Under the pieces are notes generated by a model that had not been told where the DNA came from, ran no database searches, and saw nothing but the letters and a program-made list of their open reading frames with translations. A stretch of DNA of 48,031 nt from Chitinophagaceae bacterium (lineage in GTDB: Bacteria > Bacteroidota > Bacteroidia > Chitinophagales > Chitinophagaceae): the NCBI GenBank assembly GCA_036275415.1, contig DASUDW010000142.1, positions 1-48,031 on the forward strand, written 5' to 3'. The position numbers and the translations under genes were made by a program. Shown here piece after piece: positions 1-7,686 of the stretch (its first letter is position 1; each line of letters opens with the position of its first letter).

Positions 1-792
1 ATGGAACAGGTAAAAAATGACACCACTTTTTATAAGGCCTTTAAAAACCTGCGGGTGCTGGGTTTTACTTCCTGGAATGATATCCGTATCCGGGATAAAA
101 AAGGTAATATAAAAGCGGCACTGCTCAGCAAAACCAGGCAGCTCCGTAACAATGGCTGCCGGTCTATGGAAGTTTTGTCTGAGAAAACCACCGGCGATTT
201 TTATGAAAGTGATGGCGGTTACAATTATTACACGGCCGATCTGTATGCAGGCTTGTTTTTTACATCCGGATCAGTATGCGGGGAAAACAATGTAGTAAAA
301 GGGACAGATTTCCGACCCCGGTCTAAATCTGGCCTGGCCAAACACAAAGAACAATTGAAAATGCTTTTTTTCAACCCGGGTAAAAAAATACCCGGTATTC
401 CCTTTATCGGTGATAAGATCAACATCTTCGATCCGGAAAAAGCGGCCTTGTACGATTTCCTCCTTGACTATGGCGATTATGAAGGGCAGTCCTGTTATGT
501 TTTTACGATTAGATCAAAAAAAGAACTGAACAGCAGCGAAAAAAATGATATTGTGATTGACAGCATGGTCACTTTCTTTCATACCAAAACGCTGGAGGTA
601 ATGGCCCGGCGGTATGATATGAGTTATGATGCCGGCGTTTACGACTTTGATGTGCACATGGAAGTGGAGATGACAAAATTCGGCGAATACCTGGTGCCCA
701 AACTGCTCCGCTATATCGGCAACTGGGATGTGGTAATGAAGAAAAGGGAAAGAGGTATGTTCACCGCCACTTTATTTGATTTTACAAAATAG
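1..792 (+). CDS. Hypothetical protein, probably 5'-truncated by the window edge; resembles the C-terminal part of Bacteroidota exported proteins with a carboxypeptidase-regulatory-like domain
   Basis: 263-aa ORF open from base 1; beta-rich composition; no catalytic motif recognised; family resemblance is a weak impression. Confidence 0.5.
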   Translation: MEQVKNDTTFYKAFKNLRVLGFTSWNDIRIRDKKGNIKAALLSKTRQLRNNGCRSMEVLSEKTTGDFYESDGGYNYYTADLYAGLFFTSGSVCGENNVVKGTDFRPRSKSGLAKHKEQLKMLFFNPGKKIPGIPFIGDKINIFDPEKAALYDFLLDYGDYEGQSCYVFTIRSKKELNSSEKNDIVIDSMVTFFHTKTLEVMARRYDMSYDAGVYDFDVHMEVEMTKFGEYLVPKLLRYIGNWDVVMKKRERGMFTATLFDFTK

Positions 793-794
793 TA

Positions 795-1853
795 CTAACG
801 GTTACCAATGGTCTCTGTATACTTTCTCCATTTTTCAATTACACCGGCCAAATCTTGCGGCAACGGCGATTCGAAAAAGAGGTCCTTACCGGTGGAAGGA
901 TGAACAAAGCCCAGTGTTTTGGCGTGTAATGCCTGCCGGGGGCACAACTGGAAACAGTTTTCTACAAATTGTTTGTATTTGCTGTACACCGTTCCTTTTA
1001 CAATTTTATCGCCCCCATAAAAATCATCGTTGAATAGAGGATGCCCGAGATATTTCATGTGCACCCGTATCTGGTGCGTCCTGCCGGTTTCCAGTATACA
1101 TTCCACCAGGGTTACATAGCCGAACCGTTCTATCACCCTGTAATGGGTGATGGCTTCCTTGCCATGGTCTCCTTCCGGGTAGGCTTCGAATAATTTACGG
1201 AACCGCAGGTGCCGGCCCACATGGGCAATAATGGTGCCTTCTTCTTTTTCCAGGTCGCCCCACACCAGCGCCACATATTTCCGGTTGATCGTATGGTCAA
1301 AGAATTGTTTGGCCAGGTGGCGCATGGCTTTGTCTGTTTTGGCCAGTATCAGCAATCCACTGGTGTTTTTATCAATGCGGTGAACCAAACCAAACCTTGG
1401 TAACACTTCTTCAGAAATCGATGGATTTTTTTGTTGCAGGTAATACGCCACTCCGTTCAGCAGGGTGCCGGAATAATTGCCGCTGCCCGGATGTACCACC
1501 ATACCGGCCGGTTTATTGATCAGCAGCAGGTCTTCATCTTCAAAAGCGATATTCAGGTCGATCTTTTCAGGCACCACATCGGTTTCTTCCGGGCTCATGT
1601 CGGAATAGATAATTATGCTGTCTCCCGGTTTTACTTTATAATTAGGCCGTACTGCTTTTCCGTTAACCAGCACCATATCATGATTAATGGCCTGTTGCAA
1701 TTTGTTACGGGTTGCCCCTTCAATACGGTTGGCCAGAAATTTGTCAATGCGCAAAGGCTCCTGTCCTTTATCGATAGTGATACTGAACCTTTCATAAAGT
1801 TCATCGCTGCTGTCCTGTACTTCCGGGGTGATATTTTCCAGTTCGTCCTGCAT
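795..1853 (-). CDS. rluD: RluA-family 23S rRNA pseudouridine synthase (RluD-like)
   Basis: S4-like N-terminus (RIDKFLA), NKPAGMVVHP, catalytic HRIDKNTSG, ETGRTHQIRVH, QALHA; start taken at MQDEL (1853) rather than the ORF-track start, which overlaps lipB. Confidence 0.92.
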   Translation of the reverse strand: MQDELENITPEVQDSSDELYERFSITIDKGQEPLRIDKFLANRIEGATRNKLQQAINHDMVLVNGKAVRPNYKVKPGDSIIIYSDMSPEETDVVPEKIDLNIAFEDEDLLLINKPAGMVVHPGSGNYSGTLLNGVAYYLQQKNPSISEEVLPRFGLVHRIDKNTSGLLILAKTDKAMRHLAKQFFDHTINRKYVALVWGDLEKEEGTIIAHVGRHLRFRKLFEAYPEGDHGKEAITHYRVIERFGYVTLVECILETGRTHQIRVHMKYLGHPLFNDDFYGGDKIVKGTVYSKYKQFVENCFQLCPRQALHAKTLGFVHPSTGKDLFFESPLPQDLAGVIEKWRKYTETIGNR

Positions 1854-1886
1854 AGCCGGCAAAGGTAATGGATGGTTTTTTGTTGG

Positions 1887-1894
1887 TAACTTTG
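1887..1894 (+). promoter_or_regulatory. Bacteroidota housekeeping sigma -7 element for lipB
   Basis: TAACTTTG matches TAnnTTTG, 8 nt before the ATG at 1903. Confidence 0.6.
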
Positions 1895-1902
1895 CCCTTT
1901 CC

Positions 1903-2628
1903 ATGCAAAAACAAACTGTCATATTCAGGGACCTGGGCCGGATGGATTACCAGGCTGCCTGGGATTACCAGGAGCAACTGCTAAAAGAAAATGTGCAGTT
2001 GAAAACTGAGGCCAGGATAAAGGGCACTGACCCTTTACAGGTACCTACGGCCCATTATCTCTTATTTGTAGAACATCCTGCCGTGTACACATTAGGTAAA
2101 AGCGGCCATAAAGAAAATGTACTGCTGGATGATGAAGGGTTGAAGCAACGCAATATCCAGTTCTTCAACACCAACAGGGGTGGCGATATCACTTTTCACG
2201 GGCCGGACCAGATAGTGGGATACCCGATACTGGATTTGGAAAAATTTTATACCGATATCGGCCGCTACCTGCGCAACCTGGAAGAAATGATCATGATGAC
2301 ATTGTCGGAATACGGAATTAAAGGTGACCGTTCAAAAGGGGAGACCGGCGTATGGATCGATCCCGACAAGCCGGGAAGGGAAAGAAAGATCTGTGCGATG
2401 GGTGTGCGGTGCAGCCGCTGGGTTACCATGCATGGTTTTGCCCTGAATGTAAATACAGACCTGTCTTATTTTAACCATATCATTCCTTGCGGTATTACCA
2501 ATAAACAGGTTACCTCACTGGAAAAGGAACTGGGAACAAAAGTACCGGTGGAGGAAGTACAACAAAAGATCCGCAATAATTTTGAAAAGGTATTTGGGGT
2601 GTCACTGGTGTCAGAAGTCCTTCTCTAA
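1903..2628 (+). CDS. lipB: Lipoyl(octanoyl) transferase LipB
   Basis: VEHPAVYTLG, RGGDITFHGPDQ, RKICAMG, HGFALNV, IIPCGI motifs; start at MQKQ. Confidence 0.95.
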   Translation: MQKQTVIFRDLGRMDYQAAWDYQEQLLKENVQLKTEARIKGTDPLQVPTAHYLLFVEHPAVYTLGKSGHKENVLLDDEGLKQRNIQFFNTNRGGDITFHGPDQIVGYPILDLEKFYTDIGRYLRNLEEMIMMTLSEYGIKGDRSKGETGVWIDPDKPGRERKICAMGVRCSRWVTMHGFALNVNTDLSYFNHIIPCGITNKQVTSLEKELGTKVPVEEVQQKIRNNFEKVFGVSLVSEVLL

Positions 2629-3435
2629 ATAGAACTTGTGTTTTTCCAGCAATTTACCGTCTTCGAATAATTCAAATCTGAACCATCCGGCATGGTAAAA
2701 ATTTGTTTTGTCGAGTTTGAAGTTCTTCTCTTTGATTTCTTTTAATTCAAAAAGAAAACCGCCATTGTCCTCATAAAACCGGATCGAATATTTTTTCGGC
2801 TTTTCATCTTCCGGCAGGCTTATCCGCACATATCCGTCACGTTGGGTGTACACATACAGGGAAGGAACAAATGCAGTGGGTTTGTTTTTTACCGTTACCG
2901 GATTAGGTGTGGCGATGGAATCATTGCCCGGAAAGCCGTCAATCTTTACTACAAAGGGTTTAGCTTTTGCAATGGAGTCGGGTAAGTTTAGTGAATCTGC
3001 TTTTAACCGTTGGTTGATCTTCACACCTGTAATTGTTTTGCCGGTGGTATCACTCGGTATCACCGGTTGGTTAACGGGTAGTGTAAGTCTTGTTGTGTCT
3101 TTAAAGGGTTTTTTAGCTTTGCTGAACATATACATCCCTTTGTCCTGTTGTATGTACAGCCGGTAAAACATATGGTCATTGGGGGCTTTCATATCTGCAT
3201 AGCCATTTTGTTCTGCAGCGGGATCGGGTACGGTAAGAATAGTCTTGTAACCTGTAAGGCTGTCAAAAGACCGCTGGATACCGATCTGTTTTACATCTTT
3301 CAGGGTATTGACCCATCCGATGATGATACGGTTGTTGCCCACATCTTTTACCGTAAATTTCGGCAGGGTGTCTTGTGCAGCAAGAAAATTGCCGGAGAAG
3401 ATGAGTAACAAGAATACAACGAATTGTTTTTTCAT
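2611..3435 (-). CDS. Exported hypothetical protein
   Basis: Signal peptide MKKQFVVFLLLIFSGNFLAA followed by Q; two globular regions joined by a Pro/Thr-rich linker; TATCTTTG promoter on the minus strand at 3482-3489. Confidence 0.75.
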   Translation of the reverse strand: MKKQFVVFLLLIFSGNFLAAQDTLPKFTVKDVGNNRIIIGWVNTLKDVKQIGIQRSFDSLTGYKTILTVPDPAAEQNGYADMKAPNDHMFYRLYIQQDKGMYMFSKAKKPFKDTTRLTLPVNQPVIPSDTTGKTITGVKINQRLKADSLNLPDSIAKAKPFVVKIDGFPGNDSIATPNPVTVKNKPTAFVPSLYVYTQRDGYVRISLPEDEKPKKYSIRFYEDNGGFLFELKEIKEKNFKLDKTNFYHAGWFRFELFEDGKLLEKHKFYLEKDF

Positions 3436-3508
3436 ATCAGTACAAACGGTATGCAACAATTTTTGCTGGATGCACAAGCAACAAAGATAGGATGGCTGTA
3501 TACAAAAA

Positions 3509-4396
3509 TTAAAATATTAACGTTCCCTTACTGAGCGAATCGTTGCCCTGCAAACCGCCGCTGTGAATAACCAGTATTTTACTTCCCGCGGGAAAGTAAT
3601 TCTCACTGATCAGGTCATGGACGGCATAAAATAGTTTACCGGTATAAACAAAATCTGATGGGATGCCGGTTTGTTCATAAAAATGATTCATGAACGAAAT
3701 TAATTCAGGAGTGTATTTGGCGTATCCGCCAAAATGATAGTTATGTATCAGCACTGGTTGTTTCCCGGAAATGTTAATTGCAGTAATGGCTTCGGCAAGG
3801 GTTACATTATTTTTTAAAACACTGACAGCAATGACAGCTGCCTTTACCGGAAACTCAAGCAACCCGGCTGTCATAGTGCCGGTACCGGCCGCACAGCAAA
3901 TATGTGTGTAAGTGTTGGCCTGGCAATACTCCAGCATAGTGGCAGCGCCGGCAGCACCTGTTTTACCATAGCCGCCTTCGTCAATCAAGAACATATCGTC
4001 GGTTGCCTGCAGGGCCGCGGGCAGTTCTTTATCCCGATAGGCTTCACGGCTGATAAAATATAATTGCATGCCCAATGCCCTTGCCTGCAAAAGGGTGTTG
4101 GATAATTGGGGCGCTTCCTCTCCCCGGATAATTCCGATACTGTTAAACTGGTAAAGGTTTGCAGCGGCAGCTGTTGCAAGGATATGGTTGGACCAGGCAC
4201 CGCCGAAAGTGACCAGTGTTTTCTTTTGCTGTTGTTTTGCTTCTTCCAGGTAATAACGGAGTTTGAACCATTTATTTCCCGAAACCAACGGATGGATCTT
4301 GTCGGCCCTTAGTACATCCAATGCTGCATTCTTTTCTTTCAATAAAGGGAATGAAAGCTGGTCTATGGTGATATTATTGATAGCGGTTGGCTGCAT
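3509..4396 (-). CDS. PLP-dependent ACC deaminase / D-cysteine desulfhydrase family protein
   Basis: SGNKWFKL (PLP Lys), TFGGAWSNH, GTGTM, DFVYTGK, IHSGGLQG. Confidence 0.9.
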   Translation of the reverse strand: MQPTAINNITIDQLSFPLLKEKNAALDVLRADKIHPLVSGNKWFKLRYYLEEAKQQQKKTLVTFGGAWSNHILATAAAANLYQFNSIGIIRGEEAPQLSNTLLQARALGMQLYFISREAYRDKELPAALQATDDMFLIDEGGYGKTGAAGAATMLEYCQANTYTHICCAAGTGTMTAGLLEFPVKAAVIAVSVLKNNVTLAEAITAINISGKQPVLIHNYHFGGYAKYTPELISFMNHFYEQTGIPSDFVYTGKLFYAVHDLISENYFPAGSKILVIHSGGLQGNDSLSKGTLIF

Positions 4397-4451
4397 AAAA
4401 ACAGTAAGGTGCCTGCAATACGAAATTACTTTAATTTCGCACCGCACTTAA

Positions 4452-5357
4452 ATGAACCGCATGAAACCAACCCTGGTAATATTGGCTGCCGGTATGGCTT
4501 CCCGCTATGGAAGTATGAAACAGGTAGAAGGCTTCGGGCCTTCCGGCGAAACCATAATGGACTACTCCATCTTTGATGCCATCCGGGCTGGATTTGGCAA
4601 GGTGGTCTTTATCATTCGCAAAGAGTTTGCAGAAAACTTCCAGGCCATCTTTGAACCTAAACTGAAAGGCAGGATCCAAACGGAGTATGTGTTCCAGGAA
4701 TTATCATCTTTCACGGATGGCTATCAGTTCCCTGCTGAAAGGACTAAACCCTGGGGTACAGCCCATGCAGTGCTTTGTGCAAAAGATGCAGTAAAGGAAC
4801 CATTTGCTGTAATCAATGCGGATGATTTTTATGGCCATAATGCTTTCAGCAATGCAGCAGCTTTTTTAAAGGTGGGCTGTACACCGGAGAATTATGCCAT
4901 TGTGGGTTATGATCTATTAAAGACACTTTCTGAACATGGTACAGTAAACAGGGGTGTATGCAGCCTGGATCACCTGGGCAACCTGGCTTCTGTGACAGAA
5001 CGCATCAATATTGCCAAAAAAGGCGATGCTATTGTTTGTGAAGATGGCCTGGAGCCCAAAGAATTGCCGCTCCATACAAGGGTGTCCATGAACTTCTGGT
5101 GCTTTGATCCCTCTTACTTTAACTATACCCAAGCTTTATTCGCTTCCTTCTTACAGCAATACGGACAGGAATTAAAGTCAGAATTCTTTATTCCCCTGGT
5201 AGCTGATAAATTCATTTCGGAAGGGGGTAGTATTGAGATCATACCTACCACTTCATCCTGGTTCGGTGTTACGTATAAAGAAGATGCACCATTTGTAAAA
5301 GAAAGCCTGCACCAGCTGATCAAAAACGGGGAATACCCCCAAAGCCTTTGGGACTAA
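4452..5357 (+). CDS. Sugar-phosphate nucleotidyltransferase family protein
   Basis: LAAGMASRYGSMKQ, KPWGTAHAV, VINADDFYG; true start may be 4461. Confidence 0.88.
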   Translation: MNRMKPTLVILAAGMASRYGSMKQVEGFGPSGETIMDYSIFDAIRAGFGKVVFIIRKEFAENFQAIFEPKLKGRIQTEYVFQELSSFTDGYQFPAERTKPWGTAHAVLCAKDAVKEPFAVINADDFYGHNAFSNAAAFLKVGCTPENYAIVGYDLLKTLSEHGTVNRGVCSLDHLGNLASVTERINIAKKGDAIVCEDGLEPKELPLHTRVSMNFWCFDPSYFNYTQALFASFLQQYGQELKSEFFIPLVADKFISEGGSIEIIPTTSSWFGVTYKEDAPFVKESLHQLIKNGEYPQSLWD

Positions 5358-5376
5358 CCAGAGCCCATGAATAAAT

Positions 5377-5408
5377 AAAAAAGCTATCAGTAAAGGCTGA
5401 TAGCTTTT
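5377..5408. terminator. Bidirectional intrinsic terminator between convergent genes
   Basis: AAAAGCTATCAG-taaagg-CTGATAGCTTTT hairpin with A and T tracts on both sides. Confidence 0.8.
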
Positions 5409-5430
5409 GCTTTTATAGGGAATGCGATGA

Positions 5431-6540
5431 TTAATCTCCTTTCACCATGAACACATAGTCCTGAATCTTCTTTACCTGGTCTTTTTTGTCCATGCCCCTG
5501 ACAGATGACTTACCGGTAATTTTCAATGACTGGTAAGCCGTATCTTTTTTCAGTTCTTCAATGGCGTTATAGATATATTTTGACTGAACGGCAAATGCCA
5601 CTCCTTCGGCTTCCATTTCTTTGGTGCTGATAATACCGATTACTTCTCCGTCATGATTGAAAACAGGTCCGCCGCTGTTACCGGGGTTGGCGGCAATGCC
5701 GAGCTGGCAACTCAATGTATCTCCGTTGAAACCGGTTTTGGCACTCAGGTAACCTTCGCTGTATACAATTTCATTGCGGGGGAAACCCAGTGTATAAATA
5801 GGCTCTGCCACATCGGTAGATGATTTGCGGATACCATAAGGCAGGCTGCCCATCGATTTAAATGCGTCATCATCAATCTTCAATATGGCAATATCCTTAT
5901 CGGCAAAAACCTTTGCTACCACGGCCTTGTACTGATCACCTTTATTATTGATAACAACAATGTTTTTAGAGTTCCGTACAATGTGGGCATTGGTTACCAG
6001 GTATCCTTTTCCGTCTATCAGGAAGCCGGAGCCGCCGGCCTTGAACGATGGGGCGGGAGCAGGGGCGGTATTGATCTTGGTCCGGAGGTTATTTACTTCC
6101 TTACCCTGGTTGTCCTGTACTTTTTTAATATCCTGTATATCCCGGCTCAGTTCTGTGAGCTTTGCATTATCTGCTTTGGGTGAAAAAGTATTTACCAGTG
6201 CTGTGATGGCAAGTGTAGTAACACCGGCAAACACGGCCGCAATGGCAGCTACCCGGCGGTACCTTTTCCACAGGTAAACCACCTTGGCCTTGCCCTGCAG
6301 TTTCATAGAATCGATCTTACCCTGTTCAGTAAGGTCGGTATGAATATCATTCAGCGAACTGCGGAATGATTTGCGTTCGCCATAGTGGTTCATTTGCTGA
6401 AGGAATAGAGTATGCTCCACCACCAGCAGGTCGATCTCAGCATTCGTTTTCCGCAGGTTTTCAAACTGCAGCCTTTCATCCGGTTTCATTTCTCCCCGGA
6501 TATATCGCTCAACCGCATCTAAAATTTTAATATCATCCAT
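5431..6540 (-). CDS. Membrane-anchored trypsin-like (S1C) serine protease with N-terminal anti-sigma-like domain
   Basis: Triad motifs TNAH, DIAILKI, GNSGGP; TM segment VAAIAAVFAGVTTLAITALV; coiled coil; no PDZ domain; N-terminal ERYIRGEMKPDERLQFE helix; start overlaps the sigma stop codon. Confidence 0.88.
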   Translation of the reverse strand: MDDIKILDAVERYIRGEMKPDERLQFENLRKTNAEIDLLVVEHTLFLQQMNHYGERKSFRSSLNDIHTDLTEQGKIDSMKLQGKAKVVYLWKRYRRVAAIAAVFAGVTTLAITALVNTFSPKADNAKLTELSRDIQDIKKVQDNQGKEVNNLRTKINTAPAPAPSFKAGGSGFLIDGKGYLVTNAHIVRNSKNIVVINNKGDQYKAVVAKVFADKDIAILKIDDDAFKSMGSLPYGIRKSSTDVAEPIYTLGFPRNEIVYSEGYLSAKTGFNGDTLSCQLGIAANPGNSGGPVFNHDGEVIGIISTKEMEAEGVAFAVQSKYIYNAIEELKKDTAYQSLKITGKSSVRGMDKKDQVKKIQDYVFMVKGD

Positions 6541-7108
6541 CACTGTTCCCGTTTTTATAATCTGTAAAAAATATCTTTTTAAGCCTTGTCAGGCACTTGT
6601 ATTTCTGGTTTTTGGCATTATCGGCATTAGTATATCCAAACCTGGCTGCTATGGTCTGCATTGTTTGCTTTTGCAGGTAATACGCTTCCAGCAGGCTTTT
6701 ACAAGGCTCGCCCAGGTTGTTGATGGCTTTTTCCATCAATTCAAACTCGGCATTTCGCTGCTCATGGGCTTCAAGGTCTTCTTCCACCGCCACTACCTGT
6801 TCCATGCTGTCGCCGGGGTCGGAGTACCGGTTTTGCTGCTGTAACCTTTTTAACCAAAGCCTTCTGCAAACCGAATAGAGAAAGGTTTTAAGCTGACAAT
6901 TCAGTTCAAAAGAACCCGATCTCACCTTTTCATAAAGAACTATCATCGCTTCCTGGAATATATCCCTGGCATCATCTGCGGAGCCGTTGTTGTTGATTAT
7001 CAGGGACTGAATCATGTTATAGTTCTCCCGGTAAATTGTTTCAACGGCCTTTTTATCGCTGGCGGCTAATCCTGTCAGTAGGGCTTTTTCGTCTGTCTGA
7101 GGTTTCAC
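6533..7108 (-). CDS. ECF-type sigma-70 factor
   Basis: 191 aa; region 2 (DARDIFQEAMIVLY, FLYSVCRRLWLK) and region 4 HTH (CKSLLEAYY, MQTIAARFGY, AKNQKYKCL); GTG start. Confidence 0.93.
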   Translation of the reverse strand: MKPQTDEKALLTGLAASDKKAVETIYRENYNMIQSLIINNNGSADDARDIFQEAMIVLYEKVRSGSFELNCQLKTFLYSVCRRLWLKRLQQQNRYSDPGDSMEQVVAVEEDLEAHEQRNAEFELMEKAINNLGEPCKSLLEAYYLQKQTMQTIAARFGYTNADNAKNQKYKCLTRLKKIFFTDYKNGNSDG

Positions 7109-7116
7109 AATCCTTT

Positions 7117-7147
7117 GTTTAATACAGGATTCTGCAAAAAGTAACCC
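7117..7147 (-). promoter_or_regulatory. Putative ECF-dependent promoter for the sigma-protease operon
   Basis: Minus strand reads GGGTTAC-TTTTTGCAGAATCCT(15 nt)-GTATTAAAC, ending 8 nt before the GTG; twin copy at 7220-7249. Confidence 0.65.
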
Positions 7148-7219
7148 TGTGGCACCGCAAAATATTAAATAATAAGGCGGTTAGGGGGTAAAAGGGCAGA
7201 AAAAAAATTTTTTAAATCC

Positions 7220-7249
7220 GGGTTACCTTTTTTCGAAACGGGTATAAAC
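7220..7249 (+). promoter_or_regulatory. Putative ECF-dependent promoter for the small lipoprotein gene
   Basis: GGGTTAC-CTTTTTTCGAAACGG(15 nt)-GTATAAAC; same boxes and spacing as the minus-strand copy. Confidence 0.65.
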
Positions 7250-7290
7250 AGCGAAATATTTCAACAAATCATTCTAAAAAGCACAACAAA

Positions 7291-7491
7291 ATGAAGAAGT
7301 TTTTTGCAATTGCATTCATCGCTGCTGCTACCCTGGTAGCTTGTAACAACTCTGGCGAAAAGAAAGAAGAAACTAAAGACACTACAGTAGCTCCGGCTCC
7401 TGCTGACACTACAGCTGCACCGGCTCCTGCTGATACTACAGCTGCTCCGGCTCCTGCTGACACTACAGCTGCTCCGGCTCCTGCTAAGTAA
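7291..7491 (+). CDS. Small Ala/Pro/Thr-rich lipoprotein
   Basis: MKKFF start, hydrophobic core and lipobox LVAC; A-rich region before the ATG; own terminator. Confidence 0.85.
   Translation: MKKFFAIAFIAAATLVACNNSGEKKEETKDTTVAPAPADTTAAPAPADTTAAPAPADTTAAPAPAK
7378..7485 (+). repeat. 4 x 27-bp coding tandem repeat (DTT[V/A]APAPA)
   Basis: GAYACTACAG(TA/CT)GCWCCGGCTCCTGCT four times in tandem. Confidence 0.95.
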
Positions 7492-7512
7492 TTTCAAGCG
7501 GCAAGCAATCGT

Positions 7513-7548
7513 CGAAGGCCTTTCCTACAGGAAGGGCCTTCGTATTTT
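7513..7548 (+). terminator. Intrinsic terminator after the lipoprotein gene
   Basis: CGAAGGCCTTTCC-taca-GGAAGGGCCTTCG followed by TATTTT. Confidence 0.8.
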
Positions 7549-7593
7549 AAGTAACTGGTTTAAAATACATTAGCCATTTCGGCTTATAAAGGT

Positions 7594-7601
7594 TACCTTT
7601 G
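7594..7601 (+). promoter_or_regulatory. -7 promoter element for the DEAD-box helicase
   Basis: TACCTTTG. Confidence 0.6.
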
Positions 7602-7686
7602 CATCCCGGTCATCTCCATCTGAAAGGCTCAGCTGGGCCAACCGGTTAAATTAATTACCGGGTTTTATCAATTAAATTTTTATTAA

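Noticed and set aside
7378-7485. Possible CRISPR array
   Set aside because: Units are directly adjacent with no spacers, are in frame within a CDS, and no cas genes are present
7261-7497. Minus-strand ORFs with SRSRSSC or SAGAGAAVV repeats
   Set aside because: Antisense shadows of the 27-bp lipoprotein repeat; the plus strand has the lipobox, promoter motif and terminator
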